DNA of 64,000 bases from the human T2T-CHM13v2.0 reference genome, Homo sapiens. Shown in pieces: positions 43,901 to 59,629 of this stretch (the first letter of the stretch is position 1; each line of letters opens with the position of its first letter). Made by a program: the position numbers and the translations under genes. Under the pieces are notes generated by a model that saw only the letters and a program-made list of their open reading frames with translations, ran no database searches and was not told the origin of the DNA. The stretch lies in the NCBI RefSeq assembly GCF_009914755.1, contig NC_060929.1; one strand, given 5' to 3'.

Positions 43901-46779
43901 TTTCAGCCTTTTTGCACTGGCTTATCCTCATCTTCATGGATTTATCTACCTTTGGTCTTTGATGTCGGTGACCTTCAGATGGGGTTTTTGTATGGACGTC
44001 CTTTTTGTTGATGTTGATTCTATTCCTTTCTGTTTGTTAGTTTTCCTTCTAATAGTCAAGCCCCTCTGCTGCAGGTCTGCTGGAGTTTGCTGGATGTCGA
44101 CTCCAGACACTGTTTGCCTGGGTATCACCAGCAGGGGCTGCAGAACAGCAAAGATTGCTGCCTGTTCCTTCCTCTGGAAACTTCATCCCAGAGGGGCACC
44201 TGCCAGATGCCAGCTGGAGCTCTCCTGTATGAGGTATCTGTCAACACCTGCTGGGAGGTGTCTCCCAGTCAGGAGGCATGGAGGTCAGGGACCCACTTGA
44301 GGAGGCAGTCTGTCCCTTAGCAGAGCATGAGCGCTATGCTGGGAGATCCACTGCTCTCTTCAGAGCCAGGAGGCAGGAATGTTTTAGTCTGTTGAAGGTG
44401 TGCCCACAGCTTCCCCTTCCCCCAGGTGCTCTGTCCCTGAGAGATGGGAGTTTTATCTATAAGCCCCTGACTGGGGCTGCTGCCTTTCTTTCAGAGATGC
44501 CCTGCCAAGAGAGGAGGAATCTAGAGAGGCAGTCTGGCTACAGCAGTTTTGCCAAGCTGTGGTGGGCTCCTCCCAGTTCAAACTTCCCAATGGCTTTGTT
44601 TACAGTGAGAGGGGAAAACTGCCTACTCAAGCCTCAGTAATGGTGGACAAACCTTTCCCTACCAAGCTCAAGCATCCCAGGTTACTTCAGACTGCTTTGC
44701 TGGCAGCGAGAATTTCAAGTCAGTGAATCTTAGCTTGCTGGGCTCCATGTTGGTGGGATCCACTGAGCTAGACCACTTTGCTCCCTGGCTTCAGCCCCCT
44801 TTTAAGGGGAGTGATCAGTTATGTCTCACTGGTGTTCCAGGTGCCACTGGAGTATACAAAAAAAAAAAAAAAAAAAACTCCTGCAGCTAGCTCAGTGTCT
44901 GCCCAAACGGTCGCCCAGTTTCGTGCTTAAAACCCAGGCCCTTGGTTTTGTAGGCACCCAAGGGAATCTCCTGGTCTGTGAGTTGCAAAGACTGTGGGAA
45001 AATTGTAGTATCCTGGCTGAAATGCACTCTTCCACATAGCACAGTCCTTCATGGCTTCCCTTAGCTAGGGGAGGGAATTCCCTTGTCCTTCCTGGGTGAA
45101 CCGACGCCCCACCCTGCTTTGGCTCAACCTCCATGGGCTGCATCCACTGTCTAACCAGTCCCAATGAGAAGAGCTGCGTACCTCAGCTGGAAATGCAGAA
45201 ATCACCCACTTTCTGTGTTGATCTCACTGGGAGCTGCAGATGGGAGCTGTTACTATTTGGCCATCTTGCCATCTGCTAAAAAATTATTTTTTGGTTACTA
45301 TGAGGCTTACATAAAACATATTGTAGTTATAAATATCTGTTTTAATTTGAAAATAAGCTTCTTTTCAATCACATAAAAAACTCTACACTTTTAATTCTCC
45401 CCCTCCAAAAACTTTATCTTATTAATGTCACAATTTACATCTATTTATATTGTGTGTCATGTAATATATTATTGTTGCTATAGTCTTTTAAAAATACTTT
45501 TGTCTTTTAACTTGTATACTATAGTTAAAAGTGGTTTACACACCATCCTTACAATATCATTACAGGATTACAATATCCTGATGATTATTCTGAGTATGAC
45601 TATATACTTGTATCAGTGAACCTAATACTCCCATAGGTTTTTACACTAATAATTAGCATCTTTTATTATACCTTGAAGAACTTCCTTCAGCACTTTTTGT
45701 AAGGAAGGTCTAGTGATGTCAAACTTCCTCAGCATTTCTTTTAGAGACAATCTTTATCTTTCCTCCATTTCTGAAGAACAGCTTTGCCAAGCATAGTATT
45801 CTTGTTTGTCAGTTTTTTTTTTTTTTTTTCACCACATTGGATATAGCAGCTCACTCTTTCTTGGAGTGCAGTTTCTACTGAGAAATATTCTGATAGTCTT
45901 ATAAAAATGTCCTTGTGTGTCAAGTTGCTTTACTCTTCCTGCTTTCAAAATTCTCTCTTTTTCTTTTGAAAACTTGGTTATAATATATCTTGGTGTTACG
46001 TTCTTGGGTTGGGGACCTTTGAGGTATATAAACCTGGACATCCTACCCTTCCCAATATTTGTGAAGATTTTGTCTATTATTTTTTAAGTAAGCTTTTATC
46101 TCCTTTATCTTTCTTTCTTATACCATGAGTTTCATAATTTGTGTATCAGTCCACTTGATGGTGTCCTATAAATTCCATAAACTGTCTTCACCTTCCTTCA
46201 CTCTTTTCTTTTTTCTCCTCTGACTGATAATTTCAAATGACCTATTTTTGAGTTAACAGATTCTTTCTTTCTTCTGCTTGAGTCTGATGTTGAAGCTTTC
46301 TCTTGCATTTTTATCTCATTCGTTGCATTATTCAGCTTCTTCTGTTTAGTCCTTTTTAATCATTTATATCTCTTTGTATAACTTCTAATTTTTTTATGTA
46401 TTGTTTTTCCTGGTATTATTGAGTTGTCTATTTGTGTTCTCTTGCAGCTGACTGTTTACTTAAAATAATTATTTTGAAAGTCTTTGTCAGGTACTTCATA
46501 GATCTCCATTTCTTTAATGTCAATTACTAAAAAATTATTGTGTTTATCAGTTACTGAAAACTTCTTGTGTTTTTCTGTTTCCCTGAAGCAAAAAAATTCA
46601 AAAATGTGAAAATTCAACAACACATTCTTGAGTGACCATTTGAGTCATACAAGAAACAAAAAGGGAAAAATTTAAAAATACCTTGAGACAAACATAAATG
46701 GAAACCCAACTACCAAAACCAATGGAATATAGCAAAAGCAGTTCTAAGAGGCAAGTTTAAGCCAACAAATGCCAAGTTA

Positions 46780-48170
<1,391 letters not shown>

Positions 48171-48384
48171 AAAGAACCCAGCATAACACCTTAAGAAACT
48201 AAAAAAGAATAAAAACTAAGCTAAAAATAAGCAGAATGAAGAAAATAATAAAGATTAGAGCAGAAATAAATGACATTAAGACAAAACACAATAGAAAAGA
48301 TCATCAAAACTGAGATGGTTTTTTGAAAAGGTAGGCAATATTGCAAACCTCTAGCTAGACTAACCAAGAAAAAAAGAAGACACC

Positions 48385-48724
48385 TCCACACACACCAACC
48401 AATTTTTCAGCAAACACCAGCTTGGTGTCCTGTAATAATTCAGTTCAATTCTGACACTATCTACCTCAAGATAGTGTCAGATCCTACAGGTTAAGGACTT
48501 AATCCCACTAGACTGCCCCTGCTTCAGATTCCATTCACAAGTTTCAGGTTATAACTTGTGCTTCTGACCTACCAGCTATAAACTGTGGTTCCCCAACTTG
48601 CTCCTCAGGTCCATTTGATTTGCCAGAGTGGCTCATAGAACTCAGGTAAACACATTCACTAGCTTATTATAAAGGCTATTTCAAAGGATACAGATGAACA
48701 GCCACAGGAAATAGATGCATAGGG

Positions 48725-48771
<47 letters not shown>

Positions 48772-48772
48772 T

Positions 48773-48807
<35 letters not shown>

Positions 48808-48945
48808 ACATATAAATGGCAAGGTCTTGCAGGGTATCAAGCACAGAAGTTTCTGTTCCTATGAAGCTGAGATGTGCCATTCTCCCAACACATGGATGTG
48901 TTCTTCTTGTTCACCAACCTGGAAGCTTCCCAAATCCTGTCCTCA
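48385..48945 (-). mobile_element. MER21-family LTR fragment
   Basis: ttcaattctgacactatctacc...gtcagatcc, gagtggctcatagaactcagg, aaaggatacagatgaacagcca, ttcaccaacctggaagct. Confidence 0.75.
48728..48800. repeat. Compound (TA)n(CA)n microsatellite
   Basis: Read directly from sequence. Confidence 0.95.
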
Positions 48946-49679
48946 TATAGTATACACAAATCAAAATATTATATTACACACTTTAGATTTATTTAATTTT
49001 GTTTGTCAATTATATTTCAATAAAGCTGGAGGGAAATAAAATGTGATTTATTCTTCAAAAAGAGAGAACATCTGTTTCAAAAACAAATAAAACATGTATA
49101 TAATGATTCCTTTTATTCAAAACTTTACATTGAAATCTGAAGTAATGTATTAAAAAGCAGTGACAAAAATGAAGAACATGTTGCAGTCACTCTGTTTTAC
49201 TCACTGTTGATGCTGCTTCACTCTTTCATATTAGCTTACCCCATTAGACACCACTGTTGTGGATGACCTTAGTATCCTTGTTTCAGGCACAGATACACTC
49301 TTATTTGCTTGCTGGATGTGATGTTTGTATCTCTGCCTTGCAGTGTGTGCACTTGGACTACCTTGCAACATACTTCCTTGTAGTTAATTGTAGAGCCATT
49401 ATATTTTTAGTGACCTTGTGAAATGAAACATTAAAAAAAATCACACTTCTGCATGCACACACAATCACATGCACATAGATGCATGCAAGTTCATCAGATA
49501 TATAACCTATTGGTTTTTATACTCCTGTGACTCATTTCTGACAAATTGCTGTTTTACCTGTTAGGAAGTTAATAACATTTGACATAAACTTGAAGTAAAT
49601 TTGCATAAGAAACTTTGATATTTAATATGGCATCACCTGTCATAGGTAGATATATATTTTTAAAGATCTTGCCCTATAT

Positions 49680-49890
49680 ATATTGAGTAATCAGTTGCTA
49701 CCACTTTTTGAGTCTTTACTCTGTGACAGTTTCAATTCCTACCACATGCTATTTGATTTTCAATCATAGTGAGAATTATTCTCAAAATAGTTGAAACACT
49801 GGCCCAATATCACACAGCAATTAATCCATGGTTATGGGATTTTAACTGACACTTGCCTGGCTCCAATGCCTATGTACTATTCACTATGCC
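49680..49890 (-). mobile_element. MIR
   Basis: tttgagtctttactctgtgacag...gcccaatatcacacagc...cctggctcca. Confidence 0.55.
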
Positions 49891-51522
49891 CTTGTGTTCA
49901 TGCTTTTAATAGCAGTATATGTGAATCAAGGTGATGTAAATAATCAACTAAATCAAGCCTTACTGCGTGGAATTGAAGTAGATACTAATTTTAGTCATAA
50001 TTATCTACATTTTTCAAGTAAGTGGCCCATATTATTAAAATAGCCCAATTTTTATAAGGTTTTAAACAGGTTGGATTATATAGCTGCCTCATTATCCCCT
50101 AAAATGTGGATAGGGTAGAAGAGGCATTTTAAAGTGAACTACAGAACTTAAGAATTGACTAGCAGACTGGAGGCAAGATGGCTGACTAGATGCAGCCAGT
50201 ACATGCCTCTGACACATAGCTCAATCAAAGTAGTAAGTAGATATTCACACTGCAAGTAAATTTTCTAAGAGAAAACAGTGAGATTCAACAGAGAAGTGAC
50301 AGACAGCACTGAAAGCAAGTAAAGAAAGAGAAGTGAGGCAGCTTGCTCAGCCAGGATTGGCGGGGAGCTTGGAGAGGCTTCCAGACATGAGAAAAGGGTA
50401 AGAGAGGAATATCCAGGGCTTCACATTCCCACCATGGTCTTTTACAGTGTTAGCTATGAGAGAACCCCTTGACCCACACAAGCCTCAAGACTAACATATG
50501 AAGCTGCCTAGAGGTTGCACAGAGACATTGCTCCAGATAGAGAACTAACACACAGCCCCACAGGTATCTGAGCAGCTGCATCTTAGTGCCATTCTAAGAG
50601 CCTAGTCTACAAATATATGTCTCCTGCCCTGGGCCTTGGACGACGTTGTTGCTGTAGGGCCAAGAAGGAAGATGAGAAGCTATACATTCCCATGCACTCT
50701 GAGAAAAAATCCCACTGCTGCCAGTGTAGGCTGCAATGGGATCAAAGCACAAGAAAACTGCACTTCCCGCAATTATCTGCTCCCGCTGCTCCAGCTGAGA
50801 GGGGCTTTACTCTACCCAAAGGCAAGCCCTCAACTGGCACCATTCTGAGAGCCTAGCCTCTAAAGATCTGTATCCTGCCCTGAGGCATGGCTGACACTGT
50901 TGCTGCTGCCACAGGGTCATAAAGGAAGAGATGAGGCTAGATACTCCCACACATGCAAGGACAAATCTTATTGCTGCTGCTGTGTACTGCTCTGAGACCA
51001 AGGTGTGGGCTAACTTCACTCTCCATGACTACCTGCCTACGCTGAGCTAGCTGAGAGGGGCTCACACCTGAGCATTCCACCAGTGACCTTGGGACCACTC
51101 CACCTCTTCCTACCATAGCCAGCACCTGAATGCACTACTAAGGGGCCTGAGGACAAGTTTATCAGCCTGGTCCCATCCCCCAAATACTCGAGCATCCAAC
51201 CCATGAGCCTAAAAATTACCCAGCTAAGTCTACCACCATTGGCACCTGATCCCTCCTGCTGTGGTCTGAGGTCTGGCTGACTCAACCTGCCAATATCACC
51301 ACAGCTGAAACCCATAAGCACCGGCCTGCCCAACCTGTCACAGTCACCACCAACATAGCATGGACTGCATGGGTTCCGGTAGGTTGCTCCAACAGTCCCA
51401 CTGCCATCAGCCACATCACACCAGCTGCCCAGTGGCTGAAGAACATGTCCACATGCCCAGCCCACCACTGCCATGACCAGCACCCATGCAAGCCACCTGA
51501 AGGCCTAGGAATCAGGCTTTCA

Positions 51523-51801
51523 GGCTGGGCATGGTGGCTCATGCCTGTAATCCCAGCACTTTGGGAGGCTGTGGTGGGCAGATCACTTGAGCCCAGGAGT
51601 TCAAGATCAGTCTGAACAACATTGTGAAACCCCATCTCTACAAAAATTACAAAAATTAGCTGAGTGTGGTGGCACATGCCTGTATTCCAGCTACCCAGGA
51701 GGCACAGGTAGGAGGATCACTTGAGCCGGGGATGCAGATGATGCAGTGAGCTTTCATCATTGCACTCCAGCCTGGGTGACAGAGTGAGACCCTGCCTAAA
51801 A

Positions 51802-51839
<38 letters not shown>
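51523..51839 (+). mobile_element. AluJ with (TA)n tail
   Basis: gatcacttgagcccaggagttcaag; tail converted to (TA)n at about 51803-51839. Confidence 0.9.
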
Positions 51840-51841
<2 letters not shown>

Positions 51842-52452
51842 TCCCTATATCCACTCACACTAGTGCCAGTGTAAGCTGCTCTGGGGCCCAAGAACAGGCA
51901 TGCTGTGTCTAACACTGCCACCACTAGGGCCCAAAGACTGGCCTACCAGCATCCTAGTCCCCAGCAAAACTTCATCACAGCCTCCCCTAATAACTGCACC
52001 CTAATCACAAAGGAAGTCACAGATAACACTGAGGCTGTTGACAGCTGAAGAAATCATACAGAGATCACACTACTGCAGGCACCCAAAATCAAAACCAAAG
52101 CACCCTACCTAACCAGCAATATATATAGATCTTCAGGGAAAAGTACTCCACTATGAAAAGAAATCCAAAAAATTGGAAGAAGTGACTGTTATACCAGATG
52201 TGCAAATATCAGTATAAGGACATAGAAAACAAGAAAAGAAAAAAAAAATGATGCCCCCAGAGAAATACAATAATTCTCTAGCAACAGATCTCAATCAAAA
52301 AGAAATTTTTAAAATCTCAGATTAATACTTCAAAATATTAATTTTAAAGATGCTTGGTGAGGTACAAGAGAATTCTGAAAAACAATACAAAAAACTTAGA
52401 AAAAACAATTCAGTACATGAGTGAGAAATTAACTAAAGAGATAGATTTTTTT

Positions 52453-52667
<215 letters not shown>

Positions 52668-53624
52668 TTAAAGTCTTCAATAATACATAAAATCAAGCTA
52701 AGAAAGAACTTGAAGACAGATTTAAAAAACAAAAATTTAGTTGACAAAATTTTAGAAAAAAAAAAAAGGATGAGCAAAGCATTTGTAACATTTGGGACAA
52801 CATAATGCAACCAAATATTTGAATTATCAGTATTGCTGTGGTCAAAGAGAAAATGAAAAGATTAGAACATTTATTTAACAAATAATTTGATATAAATTTC
52901 CCAAGTCTAGCAAGAGATTTAGACTTTCCCATACAGGTGGCTCAGCAATCCCCATGCAGATAAAATGCAAAAGGATCTTCTCTACAGCACATTGTAGTCA
53001 GACTCTCTAAGGTCAAAGATAAAGAGTGAATCCTAAAAACAGCAAGAGAAAAGTGTCTAGTCACCTACAAAGGAAATTCCATTCTGATTAATAGCACATT
53101 TCTCAGCAGAAACCTCACAAGCCTGAAGAGAATGAGATAATTTGTTCAAAGTGCTGAAAGAATAAACTACCAGCGAAGAATACTACATTCAGCAAAATTA
53201 TCCTTCATGAATGCAGAAGAAATAGTCTTTCCAAGATAGACAAATCTTGAGGAAATTCATTACCACTAGACATTCCCCACAAAAAAAGGTTCAAAAGAGT
53301 CCCAAGCCTAGAAGCAAAAGGATGACATTTACTATCATGAAAACACATGAAAATATAACACTCTGGTGAAGCAATCACACAAAGGAAGAAGAGAAAGGAT
53401 TCAAATGATAACACTGCAGAAACCCACCAAACCACAATTATAAACAAGAGAAAAGAGAGAAACAAAGAATATGTGAAACAACCAGTAAACAATTAAAAAT
53501 GTAACAAAACACAGTCTCATATGTCAATAATAATCTTGAATGTAAATGGATTAAATTATCCACTGAATATATATATAAAATGTGGTTGGATAAATTTTTA
53601 AAAACAAGATTTAGCTATATGCTG

Positions 53625-53790
53625 CTTGATATCTCACCAGTCTTCTTTAAAATTAATATTTTGAAGTATTAATCTGAGATTTAAAAAATTTCTTTTTGAT
53701 TGAGATCTATTGCTAGAGAATTATTGTATTTCTCTGGGGGTGTCATTTTTTTTTTGCCTTTTCTTGTTTTCTATGTCCTTGTACTGATAT
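53625..53790 (-). repeat. Local inverted duplicate of 52206-52368
   Basis: Reverse complement matches 52206-52368 almost base for base (cccccagagaaatacaataattctctagcaa, aaatctcagattaatacttcaaaatattaattttaaaga). Confidence 0.92.
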
Positions 53791-55459
53791 AAGGACATAC
53801 AAGAAACTCATTTTATCAGTAAAGATACATATAGACTGAAAGTAAAGAAATAGAAAAAGATATTCCATGCAAATGAATACCAAAAGTGAGCAAGAGTAGC
53901 TATATTTATATCAGATAAACCAACTTTAAGTCAAAAACAGTAAAAAAAAAAAAAAAAAAGACAAAGAAAGTCTTATAATGATAAAGGGATCAATCCAGAA
54001 AAAGAATAAAACAATTTTTAATATACATGCATCCAACACTAGAATACCTAGATTTATAAAACAAGTATTAATAGATCTAAAGCACTGAATAGACTGCAAT
54101 ACAATAACAGTGGGGGATTTTAACAGCCTACTTTCAACGTTAGACAGATCATCTAGACAAAAAAAAATTAACAAAGAAACATTGGAATTAAACTTAATTT
54201 AGACCAAATGAGCTTACAAGACATTTACAGAACATTCTATCCAATGACTGCAGAGTATATATTCTTTTTATTGGCACATCGAACATTCTCTTAGATAGGC
54301 CACATGTTATAGGCCACAAAACAAGTCTCAACAAATTTTTAAAAACCAATATTATATCAAGTATTTTCTCAGAACACAATGGAATAAAGCTGTAAATCAA
54401 TACCAAGAGGAATTTTAGAAACTGTACAAATATATGGGAATTAAGCAACATGCTCCTCAATAACCATTTGAGTCAACAAAGAAAATTAAAACAAAAAGTT
54501 TATTAAAACAAATGAAAAAAAAACATAACATGTCAAAACCTGTGAGATACAACAAAAGTAGTACTGAGGGAAATTTATAGCAAAAAATGCCTACATCAAA
54601 AAATTAGAAAGATTACAAATTAATAGTCTAAACAATGTACTTCAAGGAATTAGAAAAACAAGATCAAACCATACCCAAAATTAGCAGAAGAAAAGAAATA
54701 ATAAATATAAGAGCAGAACTAAATGAAATAGAGACCAAAAAATACAAAGAATAAATAAAACAAAAAATTAGTGATTTGAAAAGATAAACAAAATCGATAA
54801 ACCACTATGTAGATGAACCAAGAAAAAAAGAGTATACCCAAATAAGCAAAATCAGAAATGAAAAAGGAAGCATTACAACTGATACCACAGAAATACAAAG
54901 AAAAATCAGAGACTATTATAAACAGATATATACCAACAGACTGAAAACCTAGGGGGAATGGATAAATTCCTGGAAACATACAACATACCAAGATTGAAAT
55001 AGGTAGAAATAGAAAACCTAAATAGACATAATGAGTAGCAAGACTGAATCAGTAATAAGTCTCTCAAAAAGGAAAATCCCAGGACCGGAGGGACTCACAG
55101 CTCAATTCCACCAAACATACAAAGAAGAACTAATACCAAATCTCCTGAAATTATTCCAAAAAATTTAACAGGAAAGTGTTCTCTTTCACTCATTCTACAA
55201 GGCCAGCATAACCATTATACCAGAATAAGACAAGGACACAACAACAACAAATTATAGGCCAATATCCCTGATGAATATAGATGCAAAAATCCTCAACAAA
55301 ATAATAGCAAACTGAATCCAACAGATATCAGAAAGATAACACATCATGAATAAATGGGACCCATCCCAGGAATTCAAGGACAGTCAACATATGCAAACTG
55401 ATAAATGAGATACATCTCATCAACAGAATGAAGGACAAAAACCATATGATTTATTTTAT

Positions 55460-56235
55460 CATAATTGCAAGATTCTAATATTATATATCATAAATTATTG
55501 AATAAGTCTCCTGTTTTGGAACATTTAGGCTGTTTCTAACTTTTCTTATATTATAAACCATGCTTTAGTAAATATTTTGCCTATATAACTTTGCACACGT
55601 TTCCACATATTTCTTAAAAGTGTAATTGTTGGATCAAAAAACAGACTTGATTTTATGAAACTGTATACATAATGTAAAATGTTCTTAACCACACAGAATC
55701 CTCCTTGTAGTGCGTGAGAGGGATGCTCCTGCCAAGCTGAGTATTACTATGTTCTCAAAATCTATGCCAGTTAAATAGTTACAAATAGTGCTTCATTGTT
55801 GTTCTCCAATATGCAAGTTTTCTTACTGATAATATTTAATATGTTTTCATATTTATTAAGCACTTATGTTTCTTCTTTAGTGAATTGCCTGTTTGTCCTT
55901 ATTTCATTTTTTCTATTGGGATGAATAATCATTACTTTTACTGATTTTTAAGAATTCTTGATAATGAGGATTTACCTGTGCTGTGCAATTCCAAATCTCA
56001 TTCTCAAGTTAGAGTCTCCTTTTAAACTTCATATTGGATTTTTTATACAAAAATTGTTTATTTTTACCTGATAAAAACTATCTAAACTTTACATGTGGTT
56101 TCTGCCTATGATGTTACTCCAAATTTAAACAAATACTCACCAATATTTTACTCCAGCACTTTTCTGTTTTGTTTTGACATTTTAATTTTTACTTATCCAT
56201 CTGGAATTAATTCCACTTTCAGGTATAAGCAAAGA
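55460..56235 (-). mobile_element. Ancient L1ME-like ORF2 3' fragment
   Basis: acatttaggctgtttcta, ttcttctttagtgaattgcctgttt, atccatctggaatt. Confidence 0.6.
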
Positions 56236-58231
56236 AGTATCAGTCTTTTTATTTCAAAATGTACTTATTCCATTCTCACTAAGCCCTGGAGACATAAAGG
56301 GGAATAGGACAGCCCCTCTCTTCAAGCTCAAGAAAGTAGATAAAGACATGCTCTTGTCTTTCTGCTTGCTAGTCTACTGATTGATGACCACAGACTCATT
56401 TATTGAGGACCTGATGCCTTGACACAAGAGACTCCAAACTCACCTATAATTGGAATCAAACCGTTGAAGCCCACAAACTCAAAATGTTCCTCCCTCTCTA
56501 GAAATACTGCAAGAAGAATGAACAAGCTGAGAATAAAGTCAGGATGGCAGAAAGATGGAAAATTCTGTGCTCCCACAGCAAGCCTTTCTCATCATCTTAG
56601 CTTATAATATCCAAGTAAAATAAAACACTCTATAGCTGGCATTGCTTACTTCCAAGCTAATAATAACCTTTTCATTTCAGCACCACATATAAACAGACTG
56701 CAATATCTACAAGTGAAGTGCTTTGAAGGAAAAAAACACATTAACGTAATCTGAAAATAATTGCTGAATGCTGGGCTATTAGAGTATTTGACTTGTGAAA
56801 TATAAAGGGATTCAAGATTCAAGATTGATGCAGATGCAAAATTTCAACTACCACCACCCCGCACCCCCGCCCCACCCCACACATATATGTACACATTTAG
56901 CCATTTTACACACTTCTCACTAGAATCACAAATACACTGTGGGGGGAGGCATTTTTATCCCAACTTTCAGATATATAAACTGAGTCCCAGCTGCAAATGA
57001 GCATTAAGGCAAATTGCAAATAGCTAGGAGTCTGCTGGTCCTAGGCTTGTGTAAACAGTGACAAAACAGAGAAAGTTAAAGACCATTTCTCTAAGAGTTC
57101 TCACTCTAGTCTCTTTTCTGCTTCTCACCAGTCTGTGACCTAGGGCAAATTACTCAGCCTTTGAAATTCTGTTTATTCATCTGTGAAGCAAAGGGATTGA
57201 GTTATGTATTCTTAAAGTACCCCCAGCACTAACATTCTATGAGTTAATTTTACAGTGTTAATATTAATAATTCCTCTAAAGATAAAAACTCAGGATTCCA
57301 AAAAAGACTCAGAGGAAGTAAAGCTCACATTTGAATTGCAGTCAGCATTTGGTGATCTTAATCTCATATCTGTTTGATTGCTAAGATGTGTAAGATTGAC
57401 AGCACTGATAGCTTCTACTCAAGAGACAGTTTGAGGAACAGGTTCACTAACATTGCCCATTGCATTAGTAACATCATTTAAGGAAAATACTATCCCTTCT
57501 CCTATTCTTGGCCCAAGATAATGCACTAAATTGTTTTAGAATGGGAAAGGAATTATTGACTAAAGATAGCCTAACAGGGCTGTTCCATTTTAGGGGCTTT
57601 AAAACTAATAGCAGCTAAGAATAAGATTTAGAAGGGCTATAATTGCAAAATGAGCATCAGAAACCTGGATCTTTTCCTAGAGCCCAGCTATTTCTACACT
57701 GTCAGAGTAAATTATTGACAAAACCATCTGGCCCTTTTCAAGAGAACACTATACTCTCAGTTCTGGACAGGTGATATGTTTTAGTCTGTCAATGGAGAAA
57801 GAAGCTGATTTTAGCCTCAAAGCATTGATAATTCCTCTGGACTTGCACTTCCTATGTGTGAACTCTGCTTATCTTTACATGCCAGAAAGGAAGAACATCC
57901 ATTTTAGGCCTAAGAGAGATGAAATTGAAAGCAAATAAATTAACTGTGAGCATCCTAGACTATGGTCTTAAACACTGCTTGATCTGGATAAAGAAATATA
58001 TCCACATTCTTTGAAGTGGATATGGTCAGTGTTCCCCCTTCATCTGATTTTATAGTGTTAAAGCTTCTATGTGTGTATCGGAAGGGGAAATAGCTGGTCC
58101 TGTGGGGAAAAGAGAAGTTTTCCTTCTTAAACAGCAGATCTCCCTGGGTGGACAGGGTGTAAAACCACAAAGTTCTGCATCTAAGAAACTTCTGCACAGA
58201 AGGTCAGTGCATGTTTATTTCTGTTCAGCTA

Positions 58232-58252
58232 ATATTGCCCACTAGTGGCGAA
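58232..58252 (-). promoter_or_regulatory. Possible CTCF motif
   Basis: Minus strand cgCCACTAGTGGGCaa versus CCASYAGRKGGCR, one mismatch, in unique DNA. Confidence 0.3.
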
Positions 58253-58782
58253 GCTAGATCTGTGTCTATGGCCAAGCCTGGCCTTCAGGCTGCCACTCCA
58301 ATTCAGAAAGCTGAGTTGAAAAAAATAAAAATGGTACAGCCATGTGATCTTTTTATTCCCACCTCTTTGAAAGCTTTGTAGTGAAGAAATGAGCCTCAAG
58401 GGGAATGCATCTTTCCAGTTCACCCACATTAGTAGTCATGTCGAGTGGAGCATTTATATGGCCTTTTAGAGACCATTCTTGAAAATTGCTGTTTCCTCAA
58501 AAATAGGGCAGATGCTATCAACCTGGGCTTCCTCTTTGGATTTGATTCAAATTTCACTGTAGCTCACAAAGATTCCGGAGTTTAAATAAGGGTTTGTGGT
58601 GGCTATTTTATTATCCATGGAGTTTTCTTTTTCTATTTTTAGCTATTTGTGCTAGTTTTTGAGTTTTGGAGTTTCAGAGCAGTGAGGTGGTTGAGGGTTC
58701 ATTCTTTCCTGCCTCTTAGTAGCAGCTTTTACCCCCTTTGAGTAAATAATACCACCCCTGTTTGAAAGGATTCTAGAAAATA

Positions 58783-58930
58783 TTCTGTATGATACTGTAG
58801 TGGTAGATAATATAAGATGTTAATAATAGGGGTAACTGTCTGTTGGCATATATTGAAACTCTCTGTACTATCTCTTCAGTATTTTTGAAAATCTAAAATT
58901 TCTAAAAATGAAAGTCTATTTTTTAAAAAG
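58783..58930 (+). mobile_element. L1MC/L1MD-type 3' terminal fragment
   Basis: ttctgtatgatactgtagtggt, aagatgttaataatagggg, gaaactctctgtactatct. Confidence 0.65.
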
Positions 58931-59629
58931 ACAAGGTTTACCCCTAGCAGAACTATTGAGGGAAAGACGCTTTACCATTTTGATTCAAATGGTTCCCATG
59001 TTTTAGGTCAGAGTCACTGTGTATTTTTAGCAGAAAAAAAAGAACCTGAACAAGCAGGCAGTAACATCTTCTAAAGAACAAGGTCTTAGAACATTAAGAA
59101 GCAATAAACAGGCAATTTATCCTGAGGTCCTCTATGTCAGCAAGGAATCCATGATCAGTTAAAGACATCAGAAAAGTTACGTGGCAACAAACAAGAGAAA
59201 TAAAAACATTGTCAATAAACACATTAGTGAATGTGGCTGAAATCTTCACATCACATTTTGCCATTGCCCTACCATTTCCCTTATGCAGAAGTCCATCAAA
59301 ACATAATCAGTGAATCTAAGAATAAAACCACAATATTCTCCTCTAACTCTGGGCTCTTCCTTTGTTCCTAATCTGAGAGAATAAAATCATGACCAATCCA
59401 AGTAGCAAGCAAGGGATTTTGAAGCCAACCTTATAGTCCCTTTTTCTATGCTATAACCAAATCTGTCCATTTACCTCTTAAATATAATGATCAAATCCAT
59501 CAATTTCTCCCACCCCCAGTAGCATTACAGTCATCACCAACAGAAACATTCTATACCTGCCATTGTCTCTCACTTAAATTAATGCAATAAATTCTTAATA
59601 GTACAAATATGTTAAGACAAGAGGGTATT

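Larger units (their letters stand above)
38829..45276 (-). mobile_element. Full-length (6.45 kb) L1PA7-like LINE-1, both ORFs disrupted
   Basis: 5'UTR start ggcaagatggccaaatag, ORF1 pieces (43078-43467), ORF2 start MTGSN at 42847, 3'UTR gtcatctacattaggtat. TSD taaaaaattatt at 38817-38828 and 45277-45288. Confidence 0.95.

Noticed and set aside
48450-48481. Perfect 13-bp stem, 6-nt loop hairpin (tctgacactatct/agatagtgtcaga)
   Set aside because: As I recall, this is a standard feature of the MER21 LTR consensus; too short for a pre-miRNA call.
50617-51677. Cluster of overlapping GC-rich ORFs
   Set aside because: They lie within an old L1 5'UTR and an AluJ, with no recognisable protein.
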